Assembly (NCBI GenBank): GCA_964016885.1
Contig: OZ024740.1
Location: 81,654,001-81,718,000, forward strand
Origin: Eledone cirrhosa
Lineage: Eukaryota
Direction of reading: 5' to 3'
DNA: 64,000 nucleotides
Position 1 is the stretch's first letter. The number at the start of each line of letters is the position of its first letter. The position numbers and the translations under genes were made by a program. Shown here piece by piece: positions 40,701 through 52,370 of this stretch. The notes beneath the pieces are model-generated. The model saw only the letters and a program-made list of their open reading frames with translations. It did no database searches and had not been told where the DNA came from.

Positions 40701-42760
40701 ATTTGCCGACGATCATAGATATTTCATTGCATTAAAATTCATATACCTCACGTCGGTGCAATAATAACTAAATTAAGTTATTAGGACAATTAAAACGCGT
40801 AAAGCGAGTGAGACAGGAAAACAACAAAGAGTAGAGCTAACCGTAGAGGAAGGAAACAAGCTTCATAGTTATTCTGTTAGCGTAAGCTAGGTGAATATAT
40901 GAGCGCTTAGAAAAAAGACCTTTCGCGAACGAATGCAATGTAAGAAAGAGAGAAATTGCTTTCGTTACGAACGGGGTGAAGTGAGGAGAGGAGAAACAGT
41001 GAGTGAGTGAGTGGAAGTGTGAGGAAGAGTTAACTGACACGACAGAGGGGGCGAAAGAAAGTAGGAGAAACAGAGAGAATGAGGGAGCAGTAAGAGAGAG
41101 AGAGAGAAAAAAAACAGAATCGCAGTATAGGTAAATATATGTGATAAAATGGGGAGAAAAATACTGCTGGTAGCACATGGATAACATGTAATAAAATAAG
41201 TCCCTCATCAGTGATTTGCCGACGATTATAGATATTTCATTGCATTAAAAATCATATACCTCACGTCGGTGCAATAATAACTAAATTAAGTTATTAGGAC
41301 AATTAAAACGCGTAAAGCGAGTGAGACAGGAAAACAACAAAGAGTAGAGCTAACCGTAGAGGAAGGAAACAAGCTTCATAGTTATTCTGTTAGCGTAAGC
41401 TAGGTGAATATATGAGCGCTTAGAAAAAAGACCTTTCGCGAGCGAATGTAATGTAAGAAAGAGAGAAATTGCTTTCGTTACGAACGGGGTGAAGTGAGGA
41501 GAGGAGAAACAGTGAGTGAGTGAGTGGAAGTGTGAGGAAGAGTTAACTGACACGACAGAGGGGGCGAAAGAAAGTAGGAGAAACAGAGAGAATGAGGGAG
41601 CAGTAAGAGAGAGAGAGAGAAAAAAAAACAGAATCGCAGTATAGGTAAATATATGTGATAAAATGGGGAGAAAAATACTGCTGGTAGCACATGGATAACA
41701 TGTAATAAAATAAGTCCCTCATCAGTGATTTGGCGACGATTATAGATATTTCATTGCATTAAAAATCATATACCTCACGTCGGTGCAATAATAACTAAAT
41801 TAAGATATTAGGACAATTAAAACGCGTAAAGCGAGTGAGACAGGAAAACAACAAAGAGTAGAGCTAACCGTAGAGGAAGGAAACAAGCTTCATAGTTATT
41901 CTGTTAGCGTAAGCTAGGTGAATATATGAGCGCTTAGAAAAAAGACCTTTCGCGAACGAATGAAATGTAAGAAAGAGAGAAATTGCTTTCGTTACGAACG
42001 GGGTGAAGTGAGGAGAGGAGAAACAGTGAGTGAGTGAGTGGAAGTGTGAGGAAGAGTTAACTGACACGACAGAGGGGGCGAAAGAAAGTAGGAGAAACAG
42101 AGAGAATGAGGGAGCAGTAAGAGAGAGAGAGAGAGAAAAAAAAAACAGAATCGCAGTATAGGTAAATATATGTGATAAATGGGGAGAAAAATACTGCTGG
42201 TAGCACATGGATAACATGTAATAAAATAAGTCCCTCATCAGTGATTTGCCGACGATCATAGATATTTCATTGCATTAAAAATCATATACCTCACGTCGGT
42301 CCAATAATAACTAAATTTAGTTATTAGGACAATTAAAACGCGTATAGCGAGTGAGACAGGAAAACAACAAAGAGTAGAGCTAACCGTAGAGGAAGGAAAC
42401 AAGCTTCATAGTTATTCTGTTAGCGTAAGCTAGGTGAATATATGAGCGCTTAGAAAAAAGACCTTTCGCGAACGAATGCAATGTAAGAAAGAGAGAAATT
42501 GCTTTCGTTACGAACGGGGTGAAGTGAGGAGTGGAGAAACAGTGAGTGAGTGAGTGGAAGTGTGAGGAAGAGTTAACTGACACGACAGAGGGGGCGAAAG
42601 AAAGTAGGAGAAACAGAGAGAATGAGGGAGCAGTAAGAGAGAGAGAGAGAGAGAGAAAAAAAACAGAATCGCAGTATAGGTAAATATATGTGATAAAATG
42701 GGGAGACAAATACTGCTGGTAGCACATGGATAACATGTAATAAAATAAGTCCCTCATCAG
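1..42760. repeat. Satellite A: tandem array of ~514-bp monomers (~83 copies, probably continuing past the left edge)
   Basis: Unit tcatatacctcacgtcggtgc...gtccctcatcagtgatttgccgacgatcatagatatttcattgcattaaaaa recurs continuously. Equivalent positions fall at 99, 615, 1129, 1642 ... 42380, with spacing 509-537 bp. Length variation comes mainly from an internal (GA)n+A-run. Confidence 0.99.
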
Positions 42761-42772
42761 ATTAATCTGTTA

Positions 42773-42813
<41 letters not shown>

Positions 42814-42822
42814 CAGATTAAT

Positions 42823-42934
42823 CTGATGAGGGACTTATTTATTACATGTTATCCATGTGCTACCAACAGTATTTTTCTCCCCATTTTATCACATATATTT
42901 ACCTATACTGCGATTCTGTATTTTTCTCTCTCTC
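42823..42934 (-). repeat. Inverted partial satellite A copy forming the right arm of a terminal palindrome
   Basis: ctgatgagggactt...ctgcgattctgtatttttctctctctc is the reverse complement of ~42646-42760. The arms are extended by agattaatctgttatttt / aaaataacagattaatct around a (TA)n spacer at ~42778-42806. Confidence 0.95.
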
Positions 42935-42964
42935 TATATATATATATTAAAATAACAGATTAAT

Positions 42965-44107
42965 CTTATCGGTATTTTCCTTCCTTTCTCTCTCAAGGAC
43001 GAATTCCCCAACGCGGGCGGTGGTTTGTACCATGATGGACCATGACTAAGTGCGGACCTCGTGCTTGCGACAGGTTCAGAAAAGACTCACACTCTTCTTT
43101 AGAGGCCTCAACCTTGACGTTACCCTCAATTTATTGAATGGGTTGTATTACCCGTATAGAAAGCCGAATGATACGCTTAATTACATAAGTAAGCATTCCA
43201 ACCATCCTGCCAGCATAACCAAGAACCTGGTAAGAAACGTTTCGTTGAGGCTTTCCCGTCTATCTACTAACGAGCATATTTTCAACGACCATTCCACTTA
43301 TTACAATGAAGCTCTTGCTCGGAGTGGATTTGTGGTTAAGGTAGCATATACTGAGTGCGAACATAGACCTAGAAGAAATAGATCCCGTCCCATTTGTTGG
43401 TATAACCCACCATTTAATATGGAGGTGACCACACCATTAGCTAAGATCTTTCTTTCCCTTATTACGAAGCATTTTCCCCCTACACATAAATATAGTAAAA
43501 TTTTTAATAGAAATACTATTAAAATTTCTTACACTACGACTCCTAACCTTGCACATAATATCACTGCTTCAAATTTAGCTAAACTACCTAGCCGTAGGAA
43601 CACGTGCAACCCTGTAGTTAGTACTAACTGTAATTATAGGAATCGGGTTGATTGACCCTATCCGGGAAATGCCTCTCTAATAACATTGTCTACAAATGTA
43701 AGGTTGAAACACCCACGTCCAGTAGGGCCTACATAGGGTTAACTGCCATTAGATTCAAGCAGCGTCTTTACTTGCATACCCATTCTTTTCGTTACCCTCA
43801 AAGAAGGAATATGACGTCGCTTTCAGCTTATATCTGGAGGCTAAAAGACAACCACACACAATATAAGTTAAACTGAAAGATCCTAGCTAGGGCTAGATCG
43901 TATAACGGAAATAAAAGACCATGTGACCTCTGCGCCACTGAGGCCCTGGAAATACTCTACGCCACAGACCACATCTTAAACAAAAAATCTGAGGCAATTT
44001 CGGCTTGTAAACATAAGTTGCACAAGACTTTCCTGTATTACACCCCACGTTATACCCTAACGGATAGTACAATATATACGTGGATATTTTACGTCTTGAT
44101 GTGGTAG
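42965..44107 (+). pseudogene. PLE RT C-terminus + GIY-YIG endonuclease, frameshifted
   Basis: LIGIFL..KDEFP..GLYHDG (degenerate GLYRDDG RT motif); LDVTLNL..YYPYRKPND..YI..SNHP thumb region (ORF 43050-43655); GKCLSNNIVYKC..YIGLT..FKQRLYLH..SF (ORF 43652-43876). Past an in-frame TGA it continues KILARARSY..CDLC..E..IL..LNKKSE..CKH. Confidence 0.92.
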
Positions 44108-44655
44108 CTAATTATATGTTTTGTTTAAAACATTACTTATTTGCATAGGTATGTATATTTTACCTGTATGTTTTGTGAAGGCACGTATAACTTCTCGTAC
44201 GTATATTTGATTGTATATGTTATGGCGTATACTTTTTATATATTTTGGTACATATGGTTTGGTTATGTGTATACGGGAGTGTTGCATCTGTGTGAGTATG
44301 CAGGTTCGTACGTATGTAGGGTGTGTGTATATGTGTACTTCATGTTTGGTTGACTTACGTCTCTGAACATTTGTGTATTTACATGTAGGTATGTGTGTGC
44401 GCTTGTTATATACGTATTTATTTATTTATATACGTTTATTTAATTATTTATTTATTTGTATACACGCATACACACACATATTTATATGTGCGTGGTTTTG
44501 TTTACCTATGGTAAGTGTTTTAGCGTATGCTTGTGTATGTACGTATTTGTATGCGTGTATGTATTTATTTAATTTCTATTACTTCTGTATTGTTTTTATT
44601 TACTTTGTTCTTAACTCTGACGCGGAGATTCATTCGGTCTCCTAGTTGGAATTTC

Positions 44656-44926
44656 AGTCTACGACTTCTGCTATACCATTTACGTGGTCTTGTCTTTGCG
44701 TGCAATTGTTCTCCACGCTCCACATATGACGTATTATCTTCGTTTTTTTTTCGTTTATTGCCAGAGAACGTCTCTATGAACCACCTAAGAGAACATTAGT
44801 CTACGACCTCTTTTATACCATAAACGTGATTCTGTCTTTGCGCGTAATTGTTTTTCACCGCCCCTATTAATGACGTATTATATTTGTTTTTTCCCGTTCT
44901 TTGCCAGCGAACGTTTCCACGAACCA
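44656..44926 (+). repeat. Diverged two-copy direct repeat (142-bp period) in the PLE-1 tail
   Basis: agtctacgac..tatacca..tgtctttgcg..aattgtt..atgacgtattat..ttgccag.gaacgt..gaacca occurs at 44656-44783 and 44798-44926. Confidence 0.85.
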
Positions 44927-45162
44927 AAGTATCGTCTTCCTGTCTTCCTCCGGTTGCAACGCTTTTTGAAATATCCACTTCTGCGTTTACAGATTGACTT
45001 TGTTAATTTCAGAAGATCCCGTTAAAGGTGAAAGCAGCGATTCTTTGCTTAAACTTTAATCTGCTATTTTAATAAATATTTGCTCTACGGTTCTTATATA
45101 TTTGATATATATTTATCCTTATCGAGCCCTCTTTGGATTTTAGTCTTCAAATTTATTATTAT

Positions 45163-45768
<606 letters not shown>

Positions 45769-45779
45769 ATATATATATC

Positions 45780-45853
<74 letters not shown>

Positions 45854-45855
45854 TG

Positions 45856-47250
45856 TGGAAGGAATATATTAAGTTAACGATTGAAATAGCAGGAAGAGGG
45901 TCTTAACGTTTCGGACGCTCGTCCTTATTCAGAAAAAAGAATGAGAAATTAGAAAGATTGAAGGGATGTGTGGGGTGTAATTGGAAAAAATGTTTTTAGA
46001 TATTAATAACAGGTCCATTCACGTTACCATCTCTTAGAAGCTGTTGATGTTGACGTTTTGTGTAAGATATATTTTTTAGAAAAGTCGATGATGGAGCGTG
46101 TCTACCTGAAATAGAAAGAACATCGTCTTTTATAAAGAGCTATACTTGTGCAGGCGTGTGTGTTATTATAAGTCCGTACGGAGCTAAGAGGATATGTGTG
46201 AGTATATGTAAGTAAAAGAGTGTATGTGTGCTTGTATGTACGAGGCTATGAGCAAAAGTATGTTAATATAAGTGTGAATAGTTGTGAAGGGAAAAGTGGA
46301 GTGTGCGTATGTTGTTGGTCTGTATTAGTTGTAAGAGTATATGTTTCTGACCAAAAGAGAGCCATAGGATCAAGGGGGGAATGTACAAGCGCGTGTGTAT
46401 TAACGGACGGGGTATTAAAGAAATTGAGGAAAGGAGTTGAGTCCATGTGGGAAACAGGATCCAAAGCGGTAAGTCAGAATCTGTTCAGTCGTGGTGCGCG
46501 TGGCTTGTGATCCATGATGTAAAAGGACACCCGGAACTAAGCATGTAGGGAAGAGTGATCAGGGGAACGGAAATTACGGGCGGCGAGATTATCCAAACCG
46601 AGCCGTATGTTCCTCAAATGTTCAGGAAAACGGTCCGCCAAACGGCGTCCCGTTTATTCGATGTATAAGGATCCGCAAAGGGAACACCGGAGGGCATAGA
46701 CAACGTGGTTGGTGGTGCAAGTGAACGAGTGACGGATACAGAATGGCCCGTTGGGGCTTATGAGAGTGGTGAGAGTGGAAATGATGGGAAATGTGTTACA
46801 GCGCGGAGGATAACAAGCCAGCCATGTGGAATAGTAGGAGATGACGAGAAGGAACTACGTTCCAGGAGGTCGCGGGAGTTACGGGCGCGCTTAAATGCGA
46901 TAATAGGTTGATTCGGAAAGAAACGAGAATTGACGGGGTGAGAAGAGAGGGTGCGGAAGGAACAGAGAATATGTCACCGGAGTGGGAGTATGATGGGTGG
47001 TAGTTGAGACGGAAAGGGAGGCGGGTATTGAGAGGGCTCACCTGAGGTTAGAAGATTCTGGTAAGGTCTGTTTGACGGGCGCTGAGAGAGCAGCTTGGAG
47101 GCTAAGTGAAGGGAATGGGTTTTGAAATCGTGGAGCTGGCACAGAGCCGACGAAGGCGGAACAATTGGGAATAGGTTATGGAGTGTTTGGTATGGTTGGA
47201 TGGGAGGAGGTGAATTCGAGTTAAGAGTGGAAGTCAGTCGGCTTATACTA
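45856..47250 (-). mobile_element. 5'-truncated decayed Penelope-like element of a second family (PLE-2, Neptune-like)
   Basis: Minus-strand translation gives YKPTDFHS*LEFTSSHP..SITYSQLFRLRRLC (47130-47250) and LPFRLNYHP. A GIY-YIG remnant FTCTTNHVVYALRCSLCGSLYIE*TGRRLADRFPEHLRNIR lies at ~46600-46730. The 3' tail carries a hammerhead motif and abuts (TA)n at 45793-45850. Clade assignment is tentative. Confidence 0.88.
45901..45940 (-). ncRNA. Degenerate minimal type I hammerhead ribozyme in the PLE-2 terminal repeat
   Basis: Minus strand reads CUGAAUA-A-GGAC-GAGC-GUCC-GAAA-CGUU: perfect stem II, GAAA box and palindromic ACGU stem III, with core G8 mutated. Minimal hammerheads are established features of PLE pLTRs. 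Confidence 0.7.
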
Positions 47251-47279
47251 GTCTTATATTAGTCCACACACCAACAACA

Positions 47280-48922
47280 CAATAATTTCCTGTGAGTCAC
47301 GAAGAAGTTCCTTGCCATCCCTGCTGCGAAGTGGTATCACCAGCGAAGAAGACGGTCCATAAACCTCACGCAAGAGATTGTACAACAGCTTTCTGTTATT
47401 GGAATCTGATGCAGTTTGTATCTCATCAGCCTTCTCACTCCACCACTTATCTTTCATCTGAGAGTATCTCCGCCTCACATGTGATTTCACATCTTTGATT
47501 TCCTCATGCAATATATTGTTCTCCTGTGGCTTTGCTGCGAAGTAGCGTGACATAGCATGCCTCTTATCAGCCCATGCCTTCCGATTAAAGTCCATGGGTT
47601 AAAATCCCTACCCACTCTAGCATTAAAATCACCCAGCCCGATCAGCGTGTCTGCCTGAGGGATATTTCTTATAACACCTTTCAATGCATGGTAGAAAGAT
47701 ACTTTTTCCTCATCAACAGAATTCATAGTTGGAAAATACACACTCATTAGGCTCGCATACCATCCTTTGTCCAATGGAATTCTCATGGACATAAGGCGTT
47801 CACTAATCCTCACTGTCAATTCTTCCAACTCATCCACAAGGGCAGTCTTAACAGCAAATGCTACTATAGGCTCTCTTATAATCCCTTCATCTCCCCCTTT
47901 CTAAAAGAATGTGTATTATCCACAATATTCCGTAAGATGACCATCTCCAGCTAACCTCGTCTCAGATAAAGCAACGACGTCAAGATCATAACGATAAAGC
48001 TCCTTCGCAACAAGAGCGAACCTTCGTTCACGACGTTCCGATGAATCACTATCAAGCAGTGTCCGTACATTCCAACAGCCAATATTCAATGTTTTTTTTT
48101 TGTTTTAAGTTTTAATGGTTCTATCACAGTGGCCCGATTACAGCCGGATCAATGCTGTGGTACCCTGGGGCCCCTGATGGGCCAGAACCTTTCACCCGGT
48201 GTGGTTCAAGAGCTCTTATTGCTATTTACTTTTATACTCTTTAAAGTGAGCAAAGATTGTTTTTTAAAGTGAGGAAAGACTGTGCACTGAACCAATCTCA
48301 CTCTCTAAGCGACAGTAGCTATAACCCGAAAAGAAGAAAAAATCAACATCATCGGTAACTATTGAGCCGCAGGTTTTATGTCGGAGTTATGCTAGTTTCC
48401 TGACTTTCTTCTCCTAGAATACTGCCCTGACAAATAGTAGGGGTTCTTCACTCCATGTGGTTAAACCACGCGATCAGGTTTCCAGGCATAGATTTTCCAG
48501 GCATAGATTTTCCAAGATCAATAACAATTAGGTAAAATAGATAGATATGACACAATTAAACATAACAAAAGTACTTAAAGGTTTACAAATTAAAAATTAA
48601 AAGGTTAAAAGTTTTAAAAGTTAAAAATAAATAATTATAATAAAATGAGTAAATAAAAATAGACACGTACACGCAACCAATCCCACACATACCCACATAT
48701 ATACATTTACACACTCACACATATATACACATTGTTGGATGTCAGTTGATTCTCGTGAGTTCTTCCGCCCTTTGTCAGGACTTCTTTTTCATCCTGCAGC
48801 GTGTCCAGTCATACTCCTCATCAAGTAAGCTTCGTTGTATAGCCAGGTTAGTCACCGACGACCCGATCATGTGACAGTTAGTACAGGGTTACATGTTACT
48901 AGTAGCATTCAGAAGTGACCTG
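47280..48922 (-). mobile_element. RTE-type LINE fragment: 5' UTR + APE endonuclease pseudogene + linker, internally deleted and 3'-truncated
   Basis: NIGCWNVRTLLD..RFALVAKELYRYDLDVVALSETRLAGDG (~47940-48090); ISERLMSMRIPL..SVYFPT..LGDFNARVG (ORF 47487-47837); KDKWWSEKADEIQ..LREVYGP..PLRSRDG..LL (ORF 47254-47595). No RT domain is present. Confidence 0.9.
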
Positions 48923-48927
48923 GAATA

Positions 48928-48978
<51 letters not shown>

Positions 48979-48991
48979 TTTTAATATAGAT

Positions 48992-49740
48992 GAGTGTTGT
49001 CTGATTTGATTTGTCCGGTCTTCTGAAGGAGTGGGTATGGGCATACCAACGGGTCTTGAAGTTGTTGGAGGTCATGCCGATGTAAGTTTTTTTGCAATCC
49101 TCGCCTACGGGACTAGAACTGTTTCATTCTTTAGAAATCATCAGGAATCTAGGTATCAAAAAATTAAATAAGCCAACCACCTCCGAACCCAATCCCCGGA
49201 CTGGGGCTCTATGTAATTGCCTAAATAAGGAAGCATGCCCACTTGAAAACAAATGCCTCATAAATGATATCGTATACAAATGCGATGTCATCTCAGGCAC
49301 CGAGGATTGCAAAAAAACTTACATCGGCATGACCTCCAACAACTTCAAGACCCGTTGGTATGCCCATACCCACTCCTTCAGAAGACCGGACAAATCAAAG
49401 CAGACAACACTCGCCTCCTACGTTTGGGACCTCAAAAGGAACTCCACCCCTTCACGCTTAAATGGAAAATACTCCAGAAAGCGCGCTCTTACAACGGAGG
49501 ACACAAGGGCTGCGACCTTTGTATTTCAGAGAGCTACGAATTTTATTCGCCAAGGGCCCGCTACTGAACAAACTCTCTGAACACTGCCCGAACTGCATGC
49601 ACAAGAACTTTGCAACTTTCAAACACTTTAAGCCAGTGTTAAAGCCCGATGGCTAAAACGACCTCCCCCTATTGGCCCCTATACCTCCTTCCCACCCTAC
49701 CCCCACCCCTCCTCAACCTGAAATACGGCCACTAGGGTTA
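48992..49740 (+). mobile_element. 5'-truncated Penelope-like element (PLE-3, same type as PLE-1), GIY-YIG only, with 5' inverted duplication
   Basis: CNCLNKEACPLENKCLINDIVYKC..TYIGMTSNNFKTRWYAHTHSF..TTLASYVWDLK, then frameshifts to WKILQKARSYNGGHKGCDLC and LLNKLSEHCPNCMHK, stop at 49656. 48992-49103 is the reverse complement of 49301-49412. Confidence 0.9.
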
Positions 49741-49789
49741 TGTGAGTACCTCTTTCCTATCTACATTTTCTGCCTGTAGAGGTGTTTTT

Positions 49790-50036
49790 ATGTGCCTGCG
49801 TATATGCGTATATTTATTGAGTACTTATTTATTTGTATGTGCATATATTTGTGTGTATGTGTGTATAGGTATGTGTATGTATATATATATATGTATGTGT
49901 GTATATGTGTTTTATGTGTGTATATTTATGTATGTATATATATGTATATATGTATATATATGTGCATATATATATATATATGTGTGTATATGTATGTGTA
50001 TGTATGTGTATGTGTATGTATGTATATATGTATATG

Positions 50037-50111
<75 letters not shown>

Positions 50112-50276
50112 ATGTGTGTGTGTGTATATATATATGTGTGTGTGTGCAGGTGTGTATATATATGTGCGTGAGAGAGAGTGTGTGTATATATATTTGTGTG
50201 TTTGTGTGTATGTGTGTATGCGTGTGTATATATATGTATATATATATATGTCTATATATGCGTATATGTGTGTATA

Positions 50277-50326
<50 letters not shown>

Positions 50327-50366
50327 CGTGAGAGAGAGTGTGTATATATGCGTATATGTGTGTATA

Positions 50367-50406
<40 letters not shown>

Positions 50407-50580
50407 CGTGAGAGAGAGTGTGTGTATATATATGTGTGAATGTGTGTGTGTATGTGTGTATGCGTGTATATATATGTATATATATATGTGTGTATATATG
50501 CGTATATATGTTTGTATATATGTGTATATTTATGTATATGTCTGTGTATATTTATGTATATGTCTGTGAATGTATGTGTA

Positions 50581-50621
<41 letters not shown>

Positions 50622-50718
50622 GCATGTGTATGTGTGTGTGTGTCTGTGTGTATATATGTGTATATGTGTGCGTGTGTATATATGTGTGTGTATATGTATG
50701 TATATGTATATATGTGTA

Positions 50719-50781
<63 letters not shown>
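49790..50781. repeat. Compound (TA)/(TG)/(TATG) microsatellite field
   Basis: Directly visible. It includes repeated tatgtgcgtgagagagagtgtgt sub-blocks near 50161, 50321 and 50401. Confidence 0.97.
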
Positions 50782-50782
<1 letters not shown>

Positions 50783-50788
<6 letters not shown>

Positions 50789-50968
50789 AAGAATCAAAGA
50801 ACTGTTCAAAACATTATTGTGCTTACAGCTGTTTCCTCCAAACCGAGGTTTGGATTCTTCGGAGCAATTTATTAATGCATGGACAGTTATATGACCTCCT
50901 TTTCAGCCGAGAGACATACTGATACATATTCAAACATTGATACATAACCATAAATAGTATAACTTATA
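50783..50968. repeat. Second, diverged copy of the 45259-45768 element
   Basis: gaatcaaag..ctgtt..gcttaca..tgttt..tccaaaccga.gtttgga.tcttcgg.gcaattt..tgacctcctt..gagacatac is shared with 45270-45400. Confidence 0.75.
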
Positions 50969-51017
50969 CTATATATATATATATATATATGTATATGTAT
51001 ATATGTATATATATTTG

Positions 51018-51049
<32 letters not shown>

Positions 51050-51172
51050 TGTATATGTGTATGTGTGTATGTATGTGTGTGTGTGTGTATATGTATATAT
51101 GTGTATATATATTGTGTGTGTGTGTGTATGTGTATATATATGTGTATATGTATATTTGTATATGTGTATATG

Positions 51173-51223
<51 letters not shown>

Positions 51224-51228
51224 ATATA

Positions 51229-51299
<71 letters not shown>

Positions 51300-51342
51300 A
51301 TATATGTGTATGTATTTGTGTATATATGTATGTATGCGTGTG

Positions 51343-51387
<45 letters not shown>

Positions 51388-51408
51388 GAATATATGTATG
51401 AATGGTGT

Positions 51409-51506
<98 letters not shown>

Positions 51507-51854
51507 TTAAAATATATGATAAACACGAAATGTGTTTACATTGCAACAGACAAAGTTAGCTATTAATGAAATAAACTAATTAAAGTGAATACAATTTGTC
51601 TGTCTCGATATAAGTCAATAAAGACAAGCTTATATTGGCAACGGCCATGATTCCTGGACAGATTTAAGTTGCAATGTAAACACATTTCGTGTTTATCATA
51701 TATTTTAAATGTATTTAACTGCTCGGAAGAGCCCCTTTTCCTGGAGCTTAATTATTGTAAACGACTGAGAATTTATTCTCAAAATATAATATAATATATA
51801 TATATATATATGTATGTATGGTGCTTTTTCCTTATATATGTGTATATGTGTATA

Positions 51855-51885
<31 letters not shown>

Positions 51886-51934
51886 GTATGTATGTATGTG
51901 TGTGTGTGTATGTATGTATATGTATATATTTGTT

Positions 51935-51981
<47 letters not shown>

Positions 51982-52034
51982 TTGTGTGTATGTGTGTGTA
52001 TATGTATATATATATATATATGTGTATATATATG

Positions 52035-52088
<54 letters not shown>

Positions 52089-52370
52089 ATATATATATAT
52101 GTATGTGTATATATGTGTATATGTATACACATGTATATTTGTGTGTATGTATGTATGTGTGTGAGTTTATATATATGTGTATATATGTGTGTGTGTGTGT
52201 GTATATATATATGTATGTGTGTATGTATATATATATGTATGTATATATATATATATATGTGTGTATATATGTGTATATAAATATATTTATATATGTGTGT
52301 GTGTTTTTATGTGTGTATATGTGTATGTTTATGTGTGTTTATGGTTGCGCGCGAGTGTGTGAGTGAGTGT
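50969..52370. repeat. Microsatellite fields (TA/TG/TATG/TC) interrupted by a ~290-bp complex segment at 51501-51790
   Basis: Directly visible. Confidence 0.95.
51501..51714. repeat. Perfect 47-bp inverted repeat with 120-bp spacer
   Basis: atacatttaaaatatatgataaacacgaaatgtgtttacattgcaac at 51501-51547, with its exact reverse complement at 51668-51714. Confidence 0.95.

Noticed and set aside
99-42757. Repeated 60-137 aa minus-strand ORFs as a tandem gene family
   Set aside because: The frame depends on (GA)n/A-run length and is broken in many units. The products are low-complexity S/L/F translations of a pyrimidine strand with no recognisable domain.
1-42760. CRISPR array, or tandem 5S/tRNA/snRNA/SL RNA genes in satellite A
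   Set aside because: There are no unique spacers. I could not recognise A/B boxes, a cloverleaf, or 5S or U-snRNA sequence on either strand. An Rfam scan would be the definitive test.
43874-43876. In-frame TGA as selenocysteine or recoding
   Set aside because: It aligns with a Trp (W-K-I-L in PLE-3), so it is a simple TGG-to-TGA nonsense change in a decayed copy.
49742-52366. Long YI/VC-rich ORFs up to 275 aa
   Set aside because: Stop-free dinucleotide microsatellites.
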